Of a stretch of 60,891 nt of DNA, positions 35,101 through 43,650 are shown in pieces. Position numbers and translations under genes: made by a program. This DNA comes from Gaiellaceae bacterium (GTDB lineage: Bacteria; Actinomycetota; Thermoleophilia; Gaiellales; Gaiellaceae), in NCBI GenBank assembly GCA_036506555.1, contig DASXRO010000108.1, positions 1-60,891 of the forward strand, in the 5' to 3' direction. The notes beneath the pieces were generated by a model. It did no database searches. It saw nothing but the letters and a program-made list of their open reading frames with translations, and was not told the origin of the DNA. Positions within the stretch are counted from its first letter, which is position 1, and each line of letters opens with the position of its first letter.

Positions 35101-36423
35101 CTACAAATCGAGGTCGCGCGCGGCAAAGAAGATCGCCTCGGAGAACGTCGGGAACGGCTGGATCGTGTCGCGCAGGACGTCGACCGGGACCTCGCCGCGG
35201 ACGGCGAGCGTGAGTTGGCCCATCCACTCGCCGGCCTCGGGCCCGACGGCGACCGCGCCGACGAGGACACGCCGCTCCGGGTCGGCAAAGAGCTTGACGA
35301 ACCCGGGCCGCTTGGGGCGCTGGAAGGTGGCGGTTCGGGACACCTTGCTCACGTCCCATTTGGACACGACTGCTCCCTCGCCGCTCGTGTCCCCGACCGA
35401 TGCCACCTGCGGGTCGGTGAAGATGGCTGCCGGGATTGCCCGGTAGTCGGCTCGCTGCTCCTCCCCCGCGATGTTGGCTGCGGCGACACGCCCCTGGTAC
35501 TTGCCCAGGTGCGTGAAGAGAGCGATTCCCGTCACGTCGCCGGCAGCCCAGACGTGCTCTCCGGCGGCGAGGCGCTCGTCTACCTCGATGCCCTGTTTGC
35601 TCAGGGTGACGTCGAGGTGCTCGAGGCCGATTCCCTCCACGTTCGGCTTGCGCCCGGTGGCGACGAGGATGTTGGTCGCCTCCAGCGGCTCCTCGCCCTC
35701 GAACTCGAGCCGGACCAAGCCGCTCGCGCGCTCGACTCGCTTCGCCCGCGCGTTCAGGCGGATGCCGATTCCTTCCTCGGCGAACAGGCCGGCGAGAAGG
35801 TCGCCGGCATCCGGGTCGACCCGCGGGAGGATGTAGTCCCCGCTCTGGACGAGCGTGACGCGGCTCCCGATGCGGGAGTAGAACTGCGCCAGCTCGCAGC
35901 CCACCGCCCCCGCTCCCACGATGACGAGGCTCTCGGGCACGGCGCTCACGCTCGTCGCCTCCCGGCTCGTCCAGGCACCGACCTCTTCGAGACCCTCGAT
36001 CGGCGGCAGCGCGGGGACGGACCCCGTGGAAACCATGAGCTCGTCGTACTCGAGCCCGGTGCCGTCGACGTCCAGCCGGCCGGGCCCGGCGATCCGGGCC
36101 GTTCCCCTCACGACCTCGGCGCCCAGGCCTCGCACCCACTCGACCTGCTTCGTGTCGTCCTTCTCAGCGACCTCGTCCCGCCACTTGAACACCTGCACGG
36201 GATCGACCGTCGCCGCGGCGCCAGGAGCGTAACGGGCCCGAAAGGCGACCTCGAGCGGCCGCAGGAGCGTCTTCGAGGGAATACATGCCCAGTAGGAGCA
36301 CTCGCCGCCGACGAGCTCGCGCTCGACGAGCGTCATGCGGATGTCCTTGTCCCGTCTCCGGAGAGCGCCCATGAACGTCTCGCCGGTCGCGCCGCCTCCG
36401 AGCACCACGACGTGGCGCGGCAT
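35101..36423 (-). CDS. class I pyridine nucleotide-disulfide oxidoreductase (dihydrolipoyl dehydrogenase / mycothione-mercuric reductase-like)
   Basis: VVVLGGGATGE, redox-active disulfide GGECSYWACIPSK, a second VIVGAGAVGCELAQ motif, and a C-terminal dimerisation domain with HPFPTFSE-like QPFPTFSEA. The ATG shares its A with the nuoN TGA (TGATG). Confidence 0.85.
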   Translation of the reverse strand: MPRHVVVLGGGATGETFMGALRRRDKDIRMTLVERELVGGECSYWACIPSKTLLRPLEVAFRARYAPGAAATVDPVQVFKWRDEVAEKDDTKQVEWVRGLGAEVVRGTARIAGPGRLDVDGTGLEYDELMVSTGSVPALPPIEGLEEVGAWTSREATSVSAVPESLVIVGAGAVGCELAQFYSRIGSRVTLVQSGDYILPRVDPDAGDLLAGLFAEEGIGIRLNARAKRVERASGLVRLEFEGEEPLEATNILVATGRKPNVEGIGLEHLDVTLSKQGIEVDERLAAGEHVWAAGDVTGIALFTHLGKYQGRVAAANIAGEEQRADYRAIPAAIFTDPQVASVGDTSGEGAVVSKWDVSKVSRTATFQRPKRPGFVKLFADPERRVLVGAVAVGPEAGEWMGQLTLAVRGEVPVDVLRDTIQPFPTFSEAIFFAARDLDL

Positions 36424-37907
36424 CAGTGCGGAAACCCGAGGAAGGAAACCGAGTGGCGCGCGATGTCGACGAGCGGCTGGGCGGCCACGAAGCTTCCGAC
36501 CGTGACGACGACGGCCGCAGTCACCGTCGTCGACAGCCCCCAGTCTCGCGGCGGCGAGCCGCCGGCCGGAGCCACGCGGACTTCGACGGGCTGACGGAAG
36601 TACATGGCCCCGATGACGCCTGCGTAGTAGTAGATCGAGACGACGGTGGCGGCGACCCCGACGATCGCGAGCCACGTCCAACCCCGCTCGACGGCCGCCG
36701 AGAAGGCGTAGAACTTGCCGAGGAAGAGTCCGGCGGGCGGGAGGCCGATGAAGCCGAACATGAAGAGGCTCATAGCGGCGCCGAGCAGGGGTCGCTCCCA
36801 GCCGAGGCCTGCGAGCCCGTCGAAGGTCACGGGACGGGCGAGCTCCCGCTCTCGTGCGGCGACGATCGCGAAGGCGCCGAGGTTCATGGCCGAGTACGAG
36901 ACGAGGTAGAAGAGGAGCGCCCGCCCGCCGAGCGGGGTCGCCACGGCGACCGGGATGAGCAGGAAACCGGCGTGCGAGATGCTCGAGTACGCGAGCAGGC
37001 GCTTGACGTCCGTCTGCACGAGCGCGGCGAGGTTGCCCCACGCGAGCGAGATGCACGCGATCACCGCGAGCGCGATCGTCCAGAGGCTCTCCTCGTGCGG
37101 GAAGGCCGTGACGAGGAGCCGCATGGTCGCCACGAGGGCGGCCACCTTCGTCGCCGCGGACATGAACGCCGTCACCGGGGTGGGCGCGCCCTCGTAGACG
37201 TCGGGCGTCCACATGTGGAACGGCGCCGCAGACATCTTGAAGGCGAGCCCGACGAGGATGAGGGCGAGGCCGGTGACGAAGAGGAGCCGGTCGGCGTTCT
37301 CCGACCCCGCGGCGATGCCGGCGAAGCCGATGGCGCCTGTCGCCCCGTAGACGAAGGCGCTTCCGAACAGCAGGGTGGCCGAGCCGAAGCTGCCGACGAT
37401 CAGGTACTTGAGCCCCGCCTCGAGGGAGGGAAGCCAGTTGACGGCGATCGCGGTGAGGATGTAGAGCGAGATCGAGAACCACTCGAGCCCGAGGAAGAGG
37501 GTCATGAGGTTCGAGGCGGCAACGAAGAACGCCATCCCGGCCGCCGCCGAGAGGAGGAGCGCGTAGAACTCACCGACGCGGTCGCGCCCTTGGGGGTCCC
37601 AACCGAAGCTCGCGCCGACGGCGAGCAGGCCGGAGCCGGCGACGAGGATCTGGCCGAGCTCGGCCAGGCGGTCGCGCCGAATCGCGTCGACGACGACTCC
37701 TCTGCCAGTCTCGTCGAGGGTGAAGAGGACGATCGCAGCCGCGCCGGCGCCGACGAAGCAGGCTGCCGCCACGGCCGCGCAGAAGGGACGCCGCCATCCC
37801 CACGGAAGAAAGAGCGTCAGGACGAGGCAGAGCGAGGCGCCCCCGAGCAGGATGAGCTCCGGGAGGAGTGCGGCCCAATCGATTGTCGGGTTGTGGAATG
37901 CGCTCAC
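36423..37907 (-). CDS. nuoN: NADH-quinone oxidoreductase subunit N
   Basis: 494 aa polytopic antiporter-like subunit, in the last position of the nuo order. Overlaps nuoM by 4 nt. Confidence 0.9.
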   Translation of the reverse strand: MSAFHNPTIDWAALLPELILLGGASLCLVLTLFLPWGWRRPFCAAVAAACFVGAGAAAIVLFTLDETGRGVVVDAIRRDRLAELGQILVAGSGLLAVGASFGWDPQGRDRVGEFYALLLSAAAGMAFFVAASNLMTLFLGLEWFSISLYILTAIAVNWLPSLEAGLKYLIVGSFGSATLLFGSAFVYGATGAIGFAGIAAGSENADRLLFVTGLALILVGLAFKMSAAPFHMWTPDVYEGAPTPVTAFMSAATKVAALVATMRLLVTAFPHEESLWTIALAVIACISLAWGNLAALVQTDVKRLLAYSSISHAGFLLIPVAVATPLGGRALLFYLVSYSAMNLGAFAIVAARERELARPVTFDGLAGLGWERPLLGAAMSLFMFGFIGLPPAGLFLGKFYAFSAAVERGWTWLAIVGVAATVVSIYYYAGVIGAMYFRQPVEVRVAPAGGSPPRDWGLSTTVTAAVVVTVGSFVAAQPLVDIARHSVSFLGFPH

Positions 37908-39376
37908 GGCGGGCCCAGATTCAGGTGCTCGATGTGCGTGTACCGGCTGGTCACGGCCCGGTTCGGGCTCCCGCCGAAGGCGTGGTCGGTGATACCCGCC
38001 GGCCAGAAGGAGAGCGCAAGCAGGACGGCGACGAGCGGGATGATGACGCTCGACTCAGCAGGTCGCAGGTCGAGAGCGGCCTCGGGCACGGCCGACCCCG
38101 GGTCGAGGTGGAGGACCGCCGACACGAGGCGGAGCACGTACATGGCGGCGAGCACGATCGCCACGGCACCGACGACGGCCCAGCCCCACCCGCGCGTGAA
38201 GATGCCGTTGAGGATGAGGAACTCGCCCGCGAAGGCGCTCGAGCCGGGCACGGCGAGCGCGATCACGCCTGTCGTTATGAAGAGCGTCGCGAGCACCGGC
38301 CTTCCGCGCGCCATCCCGCCGAGGAGTCCGAGCTCTCCCGTCGCGGCCCGCCGCTCGATCGCGCCCGCGGTGAGGAACAGGGCGGCCGAGATGAGCCCGT
38401 GGTTGAACATCTGGAGCAGCGCGCCCGAGAGGCCCGAGTCGTTGACCGCGAAGAGGCCGATGACGATCAGGTTCATCTGCGCGAGGCTCGAGTACGCGAT
38501 GACGCCGCGTACGTCAGGAGCCCGGAAGGCGAGCAGCGAGCCGTAGATGAGCCCGATCGACGCGAGCACGAGAATCGGCGTGCGCCAGTCTGAGACGGAG
38601 CCCGGGAACGAGGGCAGGGCGATCCGCAGGAACCCGTACGCCGCGGCTTTCGAGATGACCCCGGAGAGGATCGCGGCGATCTCGGGCGGCGACTCCCGGT
38701 AGGCGTCGGGCAGCCAGCCGTGGAACGGCCAGAGCGGCGCCTTGACGGCGAACGCGGCGGCGAAGCCGAGGAAGATCCACGTGTTTCCGGCCCCGCGACC
38801 GATCTCGAACATGTCGAAGCTGCCTTGCTTGAGGCCGAGGGCGATGATCGCGATCAGCATCAACAGCGATCCCGCGAGCGTGTAGACGACGAACTTGATC
38901 GTCGCGGCCAGCCTGCCGGGCCCGCCCCACACGCCGATGAGGACGTAGAGCGGGATCATCATCGCTTCCCAGAAGACGTAGAAGAGCAGGAGGTCCTGGG
39001 CGGTGAAGACGCCCACCGTGGCTCCCTCGAGGAAGAGGATGAGGCCGAGGTAGACGGCCGGCCGCTCCCGCTGCGACCAGAATCCGTATCCGATCGCGGC
39101 AGTGCTCACGATCGCCGTCAGGCCGACGAGCCAGAGCGAGAAGTCGAACAGGCCGACGTGGTAGGAGACGCCGAGGTCCGAGAACCAGGTCTGCTCCTGT
39201 GCGAGCTGCAGGCCCTGGTCGCCGAAGTCGAAGTTGAGCGCCGTTCCGATCCAGAGCGTCAGCTCGGCGAGCGCGACGAGCAGCGCGAGGCCGCCCGCGC
39301 CGCGTGCGCTCCGCCACGGCGTGATCCACACCCAGAGGGCGCCGCCGAGCGGGACGAGGATGAGGGCGGTGGTCAT
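37904..39376 (-). CDS. nuoM: NADH-quinone oxidoreductase subunit M
   Basis: 490 aa antiporter-like subunit (WLPDAYRESP, conserved FHGWLPDA region). Position between nuoL and nuoN. Confidence 0.9.
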   Translation of the reverse strand: MTTALILVPLGGALWVWITPWRSARGAGGLALLVALAELTLWIGTALNFDFGDQGLQLAQEQTWFSDLGVSYHVGLFDFSLWLVGLTAIVSTAAIGYGFWSQRERPAVYLGLILFLEGATVGVFTAQDLLLFYVFWEAMMIPLYVLIGVWGGPGRLAATIKFVVYTLAGSLLMLIAIIALGLKQGSFDMFEIGRGAGNTWIFLGFAAAFAVKAPLWPFHGWLPDAYRESPPEIAAILSGVISKAAAYGFLRIALPSFPGSVSDWRTPILVLASIGLIYGSLLAFRAPDVRGVIAYSSLAQMNLIVIGLFAVNDSGLSGALLQMFNHGLISAALFLTAGAIERRAATGELGLLGGMARGRPVLATLFITTGVIALAVPGSSAFAGEFLILNGIFTRGWGWAVVGAVAIVLAAMYVLRLVSAVLHLDPGSAVPEAALDLRPAESSVIIPLVAVLLALSFWPAGITDHAFGGSPNRAVTSRYTHIEHLNLGPP

Positions 39377-41271
39377 GTTGTGAAGAGGAAGACGACGGCG
39401 ATCACGGCGGCGCCCGCGGCGAGCGCGAGCGCGTACGAGCGCACCGAGCCGGTCTGGACGGTCGAGAGCCGGCCCGAGACGGCGCGGACTCCGCGGCCCA
39501 GGTCACCGAGCGAGGCGAGGAATACCGGCTGCTCGACGAAGCGGGTCCCGAGCTCGGCCGCGCTCGCCGAAGGCTCGTAGAACGCGACGTCGTAGGCGTG
39601 GTCGAAGTAGAAGCGCTCCTCGAGCGTGCGCGCAGCCCACGGGTAGCGGAGCCGCACGCGCTCGGGCACCGGGCTCGGCCGCGCCCAAAGCCTCCAGGCC
39701 AGCGCGATGCCTGCCAGCGAGAGCGCGAGAGTGACGACGAGAGAGAAGCCGAACGTCAGCCCGCCGGCCTCGTCGCCCGATCGAGCCACCGGGTCGATCC
39801 AGTCGGTCACTCCGGCCCAGAGACCGGGCACCTGGAGGAAGCCGCCCACCGTCGCCAGGACCGCCAGCACCCCGACGGGCCAGGCCATCGCGATGCCACC
39901 CTCGAAACGGCGCAGGTGCAGGTGCTCCCGGGCGAAGGGGCTCATCTCGCCCCAGAACACGATGAACACGAGGCGGAACGTGTAGAGCGCCGTGAGGAAG
40001 GCGCCGAACGCCGCCACCGACCAGAGCACCCAGCCGAGCGTGCCGGCGTTTGCGGCGCTCCCGAGGATCGCGTCCTTCGAGAAGAAGCCGGCGAAGGGCG
40101 GGACGGCGGCGAGGGCGAGCGCTCCGACGACGAAGGTGCGGTAGGTAAAGGGCAGCTGCCGGGCGAGCCCGCCCATGTGCCGGATGTCCTGCTCGTCGGA
40201 GATCGCGTGGATGACGATTCCGGCCGCCATGAAGAGGAGCGCCTTGAAGAAGGCGTGCGTCATGAGGTGGAAGAGGCCGGCGCCGTACGCGCCCAGGCCG
40301 ACGCCGACGAACATGTAGCCGATCTGGCTCATCGTCGAATAAGCGATGACGCGCTTGATGTCGACCTGGACGAGCGCGATCAGCCCGGCGAGGACGATCG
40401 TGATCGCTCCGAGCACCCCGGCCAGGTGCTGGATCGCAGGGGCGAGCTCGAAGAGGACGTGCGTGCGCGCGATCAGGTAGACGCCTGCGGTCACCATCGT
40501 CGCCGCGTGGATGAGGGCCGAGACCGGCGTCGGGCCCTCCATCGCGTCGGGAAGCCACGTGTGCAGCGGCACCTGTGCCGACTTCGCCACCGCGCCGCCC
40601 AGCAGGCCGAGCGCGATCAGGACGGCGACCGCGCTCGAGGGCTTGACGACGCCGTCCTGGAAGACGACCCGGAAGTCGAGCGACCCGGTCCGCTGGACGA
40701 GCAGGAAGAGCGCGAGCACGAAGGTCGCGTCGCCGACCGCGTTCATGACGAACGCCTTCTTGCCGGCCGCGACCGCCGTCCTCCGGAAGTGCCAGAAGTT
40801 GATCAGGAGGTACGAGGAGAGCCCGACCATCCCCCAGCCGGCCAGCATGAGCAGCAGGTTCCCCGACTGGACGAGCAGGAGCATCGAGAAGACGAAGAGC
40901 GCCTTGTACGCGTGGTAGCGGCGCTCTTCGGGGTCGCCGTGCATGTACCCGACGGCGTACGAGAGGATCAGGAAGCCGACCCCCGAGACGACGAGCATCA
41001 TGAAGACGGACAGGGGATCGACGAGGATCTGCGCGCCGATCTTGAGCCCGCCGGCCGAGAGCCAGGTCCAGAGGGTCGAGGAGTGGGTGCGCTCGTCGGG
41101 GTGCTCGCCGAGAAGCGAGACCAGGGCGACGAGCGAGCAGACGAACGAGACGAACGTCGCGCCCGAGGCGATCAGGCCTGCCTGGAAGCGGGTGATCCGC
41201 ATGCCGAGAAGCGCGATCGCGAGGACGGCCGCCGCCGGAGAGAAGAGCGCGATCCAGGCGGCGGCGACCAT
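39373..41271 (-). CDS. nuoL: NADH-quinone oxidoreductase subunit L
   Basis: 632 aa antiporter-like subunit with a long C-terminal extension (HTWLPDAMEGPTPVSALIHAATMV). Confidence 0.9.
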   Translation of the reverse strand: MVAAAWIALFSPAAAVLAIALLGMRITRFQAGLIASGATFVSFVCSLVALVSLLGEHPDERTHSSTLWTWLSAGGLKIGAQILVDPLSVFMMLVVSGVGFLILSYAVGYMHGDPEERRYHAYKALFVFSMLLLVQSGNLLLMLAGWGMVGLSSYLLINFWHFRRTAVAAGKKAFVMNAVGDATFVLALFLLVQRTGSLDFRVVFQDGVVKPSSAVAVLIALGLLGGAVAKSAQVPLHTWLPDAMEGPTPVSALIHAATMVTAGVYLIARTHVLFELAPAIQHLAGVLGAITIVLAGLIALVQVDIKRVIAYSTMSQIGYMFVGVGLGAYGAGLFHLMTHAFFKALLFMAAGIVIHAISDEQDIRHMGGLARQLPFTYRTFVVGALALAAVPPFAGFFSKDAILGSAANAGTLGWVLWSVAAFGAFLTALYTFRLVFIVFWGEMSPFAREHLHLRRFEGGIAMAWPVGVLAVLATVGGFLQVPGLWAGVTDWIDPVARSGDEAGGLTFGFSLVVTLALSLAGIALAWRLWARPSPVPERVRLRYPWAARTLEERFYFDHAYDVAFYEPSASAAELGTRFVEQPVFLASLGDLGRGVRAVSGRLSTVQTGSVRSYALALAAGAAVIAVVFLFTT

Positions 41272-41580
41272 CTAGCCGCGGAGGGAGGTGAGCTTGTCCA
41301 CGTCGAGCTCGACCCGCTGCCGCGAGACCGCGACGATGAGCCCGAGCCCGACGACCGCCTCCGCCGCTGCGACGACCATGACCGTCAGGGCGAAGATCTG
41401 CCCGCTTCCGTTCCCCGCGTGCCGGGAGAACGCGATCAGGGCGAGGTTGCCCGCGTTGAGCATGATCTCCAGGGCCAGGAGGACGATGAGCGGGCTCCGG
41501 CGGATGAGCACGCCGAAGGCGCCGGTGGCGAAGAGGAGCACCGAGAGGACGAGGTAGGCGGCGATGCCCGGGCCGGCCAT
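41272..41580 (-). CDS. nuoK: NADH-quinone oxidoreductase subunit K
   Basis: 102 aa, 3 TM (LALEIMLNAGNLALIAF). Abuts the nuoL start. Confidence 0.9.
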   Translation of the reverse strand: MAGPGIAAYLVLSVLLFATGAFGVLIRRSPLIVLLALEIMLNAGNLALIAFSRHAGNGSGQIFALTVMVVAAAEAVVGLGLIVAVSRQRVELDVDKLTSLRG

Positions 41581-41581
41581 C

Positions 41582-41634
41582 AGTGCCCCTTCCCGTGATG
41601 TTGCCGCACGGTGGGCATTGCGGGGAGGGGCACT
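41582..41634 (-). promoter_or_regulatory. 14-bp-stem hairpin filling the nuoJ-nuoK spacer
   Basis: Positions 41582-41595 pair with 41621-41634 (13 Watson-Crick pairs plus 1 G-U) around a 25-nt loop. On the mRNA strand the 3' arm GGGAAGGGGCACT is the purine-rich stretch immediately before the nuoK ATG, and the 5' arm includes the nuoJ stop. Confidence 0.3.
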
Positions 41635-42161
41635 TAACTCCTATGCTCCCGGGGAACGGCGGTTCCGAGGATGACGCCGCCGATCGCAGCGATCAGGAGG
41701 ACGATCGAGGTGACCTCGAACGCGAGCAGATGCGGGCCGAGGAAGAGCCTCCCGATCTGTCCCGGCGAGCCAAACGTCGACGGAATCTCCGCAGCGTTCG
41801 CGAGGCGGCCGCCTGCCTTGAGCGCGACGACGACCACGATCTCGACGGCGATGGCGCCGGCGGACACGATCGCCGCCACCGATTGCAGCGTGGGCCCGCC
41901 TGCCCACGGGGCATCGGCCCGCCCCCCGAGGTAGGCGATGACGAAGAGGAACATGACGACGACGGCGCCCGCGTACACGAGCACCTGCGCCGCGGCCACG
42001 AACTCCGCCGAGAGCAGCAGGTAGAGCACGGCGAGCGACGCCAGGTTGACGATGAGCGCGAGCGCGCTGAAGAAGGGGTTCGAGAAGAGGACGACGGCGA
42101 TCCCGGAGGAGAGGAGCGCCGAGGCCGCAATCACCCACACGATCCAGACGAGAATGTTCAC
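41634..42161 (-). CDS. nuoJ: NADH-quinone oxidoreductase subunit J
   Basis: 175 aa (NPFFSALALIVNLASLAVLYLLLSAEFVAAAQVLVYAGAVVVMFLFVI). Confidence 0.9.
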   Translation of the reverse strand: MNILVWIVWVIAASALLSSGIAVVLFSNPFFSALALIVNLASLAVLYLLLSAEFVAAAQVLVYAGAVVVMFLFVIAYLGGRADAPWAGGPTLQSVAAIVSAGAIAVEIVVVVALKAGGRLANAAEIPSTFGSPGQIGRLFLGPHLLAFEVTSIVLLIAAIGGVILGTAVPREHRS

Positions 42162-42655
42162 GAGTCAGTCTTCCAGACGGGAATCGGCGTGTCGTAGAGG
42201 TCCCGGTCGGCCACCGGCATGCGCTTGACCGGCTCGGCGAGGAGCATGTCCTTCGTGTAGATGAGGTCGTCGCGCGAGTACTCCGAGAGCTCGTACTCGG
42301 CTTCGAGCGTGATCGCGTCGAACGGGCAGGCGAGTTCGCAGTAGCCGCAGAAGATGCAGCGCGAGAGGTTGATCTCGTAGATGCGGGCGTAGCGCTCGCC
42401 CGCCGAGACCCGGTTGTCAGGCGTGTTCTCGTCGGCGACCACACGGATGCAGTCGGCCGGGCACGCGGCCGCGCAGAGCGAGCAGCCGACGCACTTCTCG
42501 AGCCCGTTCGCGTGGCGCCAGAGCCGGTGGCGGCCTCGAAAGCGCGGGTAGACAGGGCGCTTCTGCTCGGGGTACTGCTGCGTGATCGGCTTCTTGAAGA
42601 TCTGCCGGAAGGTGACGGCGAAGCCCTTGAGCGACTCGAGCGGCTGCGGGCTCAC
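42158..42655 (-). CDS. nuoI: NADH-quinone oxidoreductase subunit I (2x[4Fe-4S] ferredoxin-type)
   Basis: CVGCSLCAAACP and CIFCGYCELACP motifs. The GTG start overlaps the nuoH stop (GTGA). Confidence 0.9.
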   Translation of the reverse strand: MSPQPLESLKGFAVTFRQIFKKPITQQYPEQKRPVYPRFRGRHRLWRHANGLEKCVGCSLCAAACPADCIRVVADENTPDNRVSAGERYARIYEINLSRCIFCGYCELACPFDAITLEAEYELSEYSRDDLIYTKDMLLAEPVKRMPVADRDLYDTPIPVWKTDS

Positions 42656-43650
42656 GAGATCCACACCACCAGGACGGCCGTCACGACGGCGTTCACCGTC
42701 GCCACAGGGAGGAGCACTTTCCAGCCGAAGCTCATCAGCTGGTCGTAGCGCAACCGTGGCAGCGTCGCCCGCAGCCACATGAAGACGAAGATGAAGCCCG
42801 CCAGCTTGAGCAGGAACCAGATTGGCCCCGGGAGCACCGGCCCGCCCCAGCCGCCGAAGAAGAGCGTCACGGCGAGGCCGGAGAGGGTGATCATGTTGAT
42901 GTACTCGGCCATCGAGAAGAGGCCGAAGCGCATGCCTCCGTACTCGGTCTGGTAGCCGGCGACGAGCTCCGTCTCGGCTTCGGGAAGGTCGAAGGGCGGC
43001 CGGTTGGTCTCCGCGATCCCGGCGATGAAGAAGACGATGAGCCCGACAAATTGCGGGGCCGCGAACCAGATCGTGCTCTGCTGCTTCTCCACGATCTCGA
43101 CCAGCGAGAGGGAGCCGCCCATGATGACGACGCCGAGGACCGAGAGGGCGAGCGAAACCTCGTAGGAGACGAGCTGCGCCGCAGTCCTCATCGAGCCGAG
43201 GAGCGAGTACTTGGACTCGGATGCCCAGCCGCCGACGAGGAACGCGTAGATGCCGATCGCACCGAGCGAAAAGAGGAGCACCAGTCCGATGGAGACGTTC
43301 ACGACCCAGCCGGTGATGTCGTAGGGGCCGATGTGCCAGACGGGCCCGAACGGGATCACGCTGAAGGCGGCGAGAGCGGTGGAGGCCGCGACAGCCGGCG
43401 CGGCGATGTAGAGGAGGTCGATCGCGCTCGCCGGGTAGAAGTGCTCCTTGCGGAGGAGCTTCACGAGGTCGGCGATCGGCTGGAGTAGCCCGAACGGCCC
43501 CGCCCGGTTCGGCCCGTAGCGGTTCTGCATGCGTCCGAGCAGCTTCCGCTCCACCAGGGTCGCGTACGCGAACGCGCCCAGCACGAGGTTGACGATCAGG
43601 AACGCCTTGATGAGATCGATCCACCAGGGCTGATTCAGATGCTCAGGCAC
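42652..43650 (-). CDS. nuoH: NADH-quinone oxidoreductase subunit H
   Basis: 332 aa (LVERKLLGRMQNRYGPNR, ETNRPPFDLPEAETELVAGY.TEY). Confidence 0.92.
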   Translation of the reverse strand: MPEHLNQPWWIDLIKAFLIVNLVLGAFAYATLVERKLLGRMQNRYGPNRAGPFGLLQPIADLVKLLRKEHFYPASAIDLLYIAAPAVAASTALAAFSVIPFGPVWHIGPYDITGWVVNVSIGLVLLFSLGAIGIYAFLVGGWASESKYSLLGSMRTAAQLVSYEVSLALSVLGVVIMGGSLSLVEIVEKQQSTIWFAAPQFVGLIVFFIAGIAETNRPPFDLPEAETELVAGYQTEYGGMRFGLFSMAEYINMITLSGLAVTLFFGGWGGPVLPGPIWFLLKLAGFIFVFMWLRATLPRLRYDQLMSFGWKVLLPVATVNAVVTAVLVVWIS

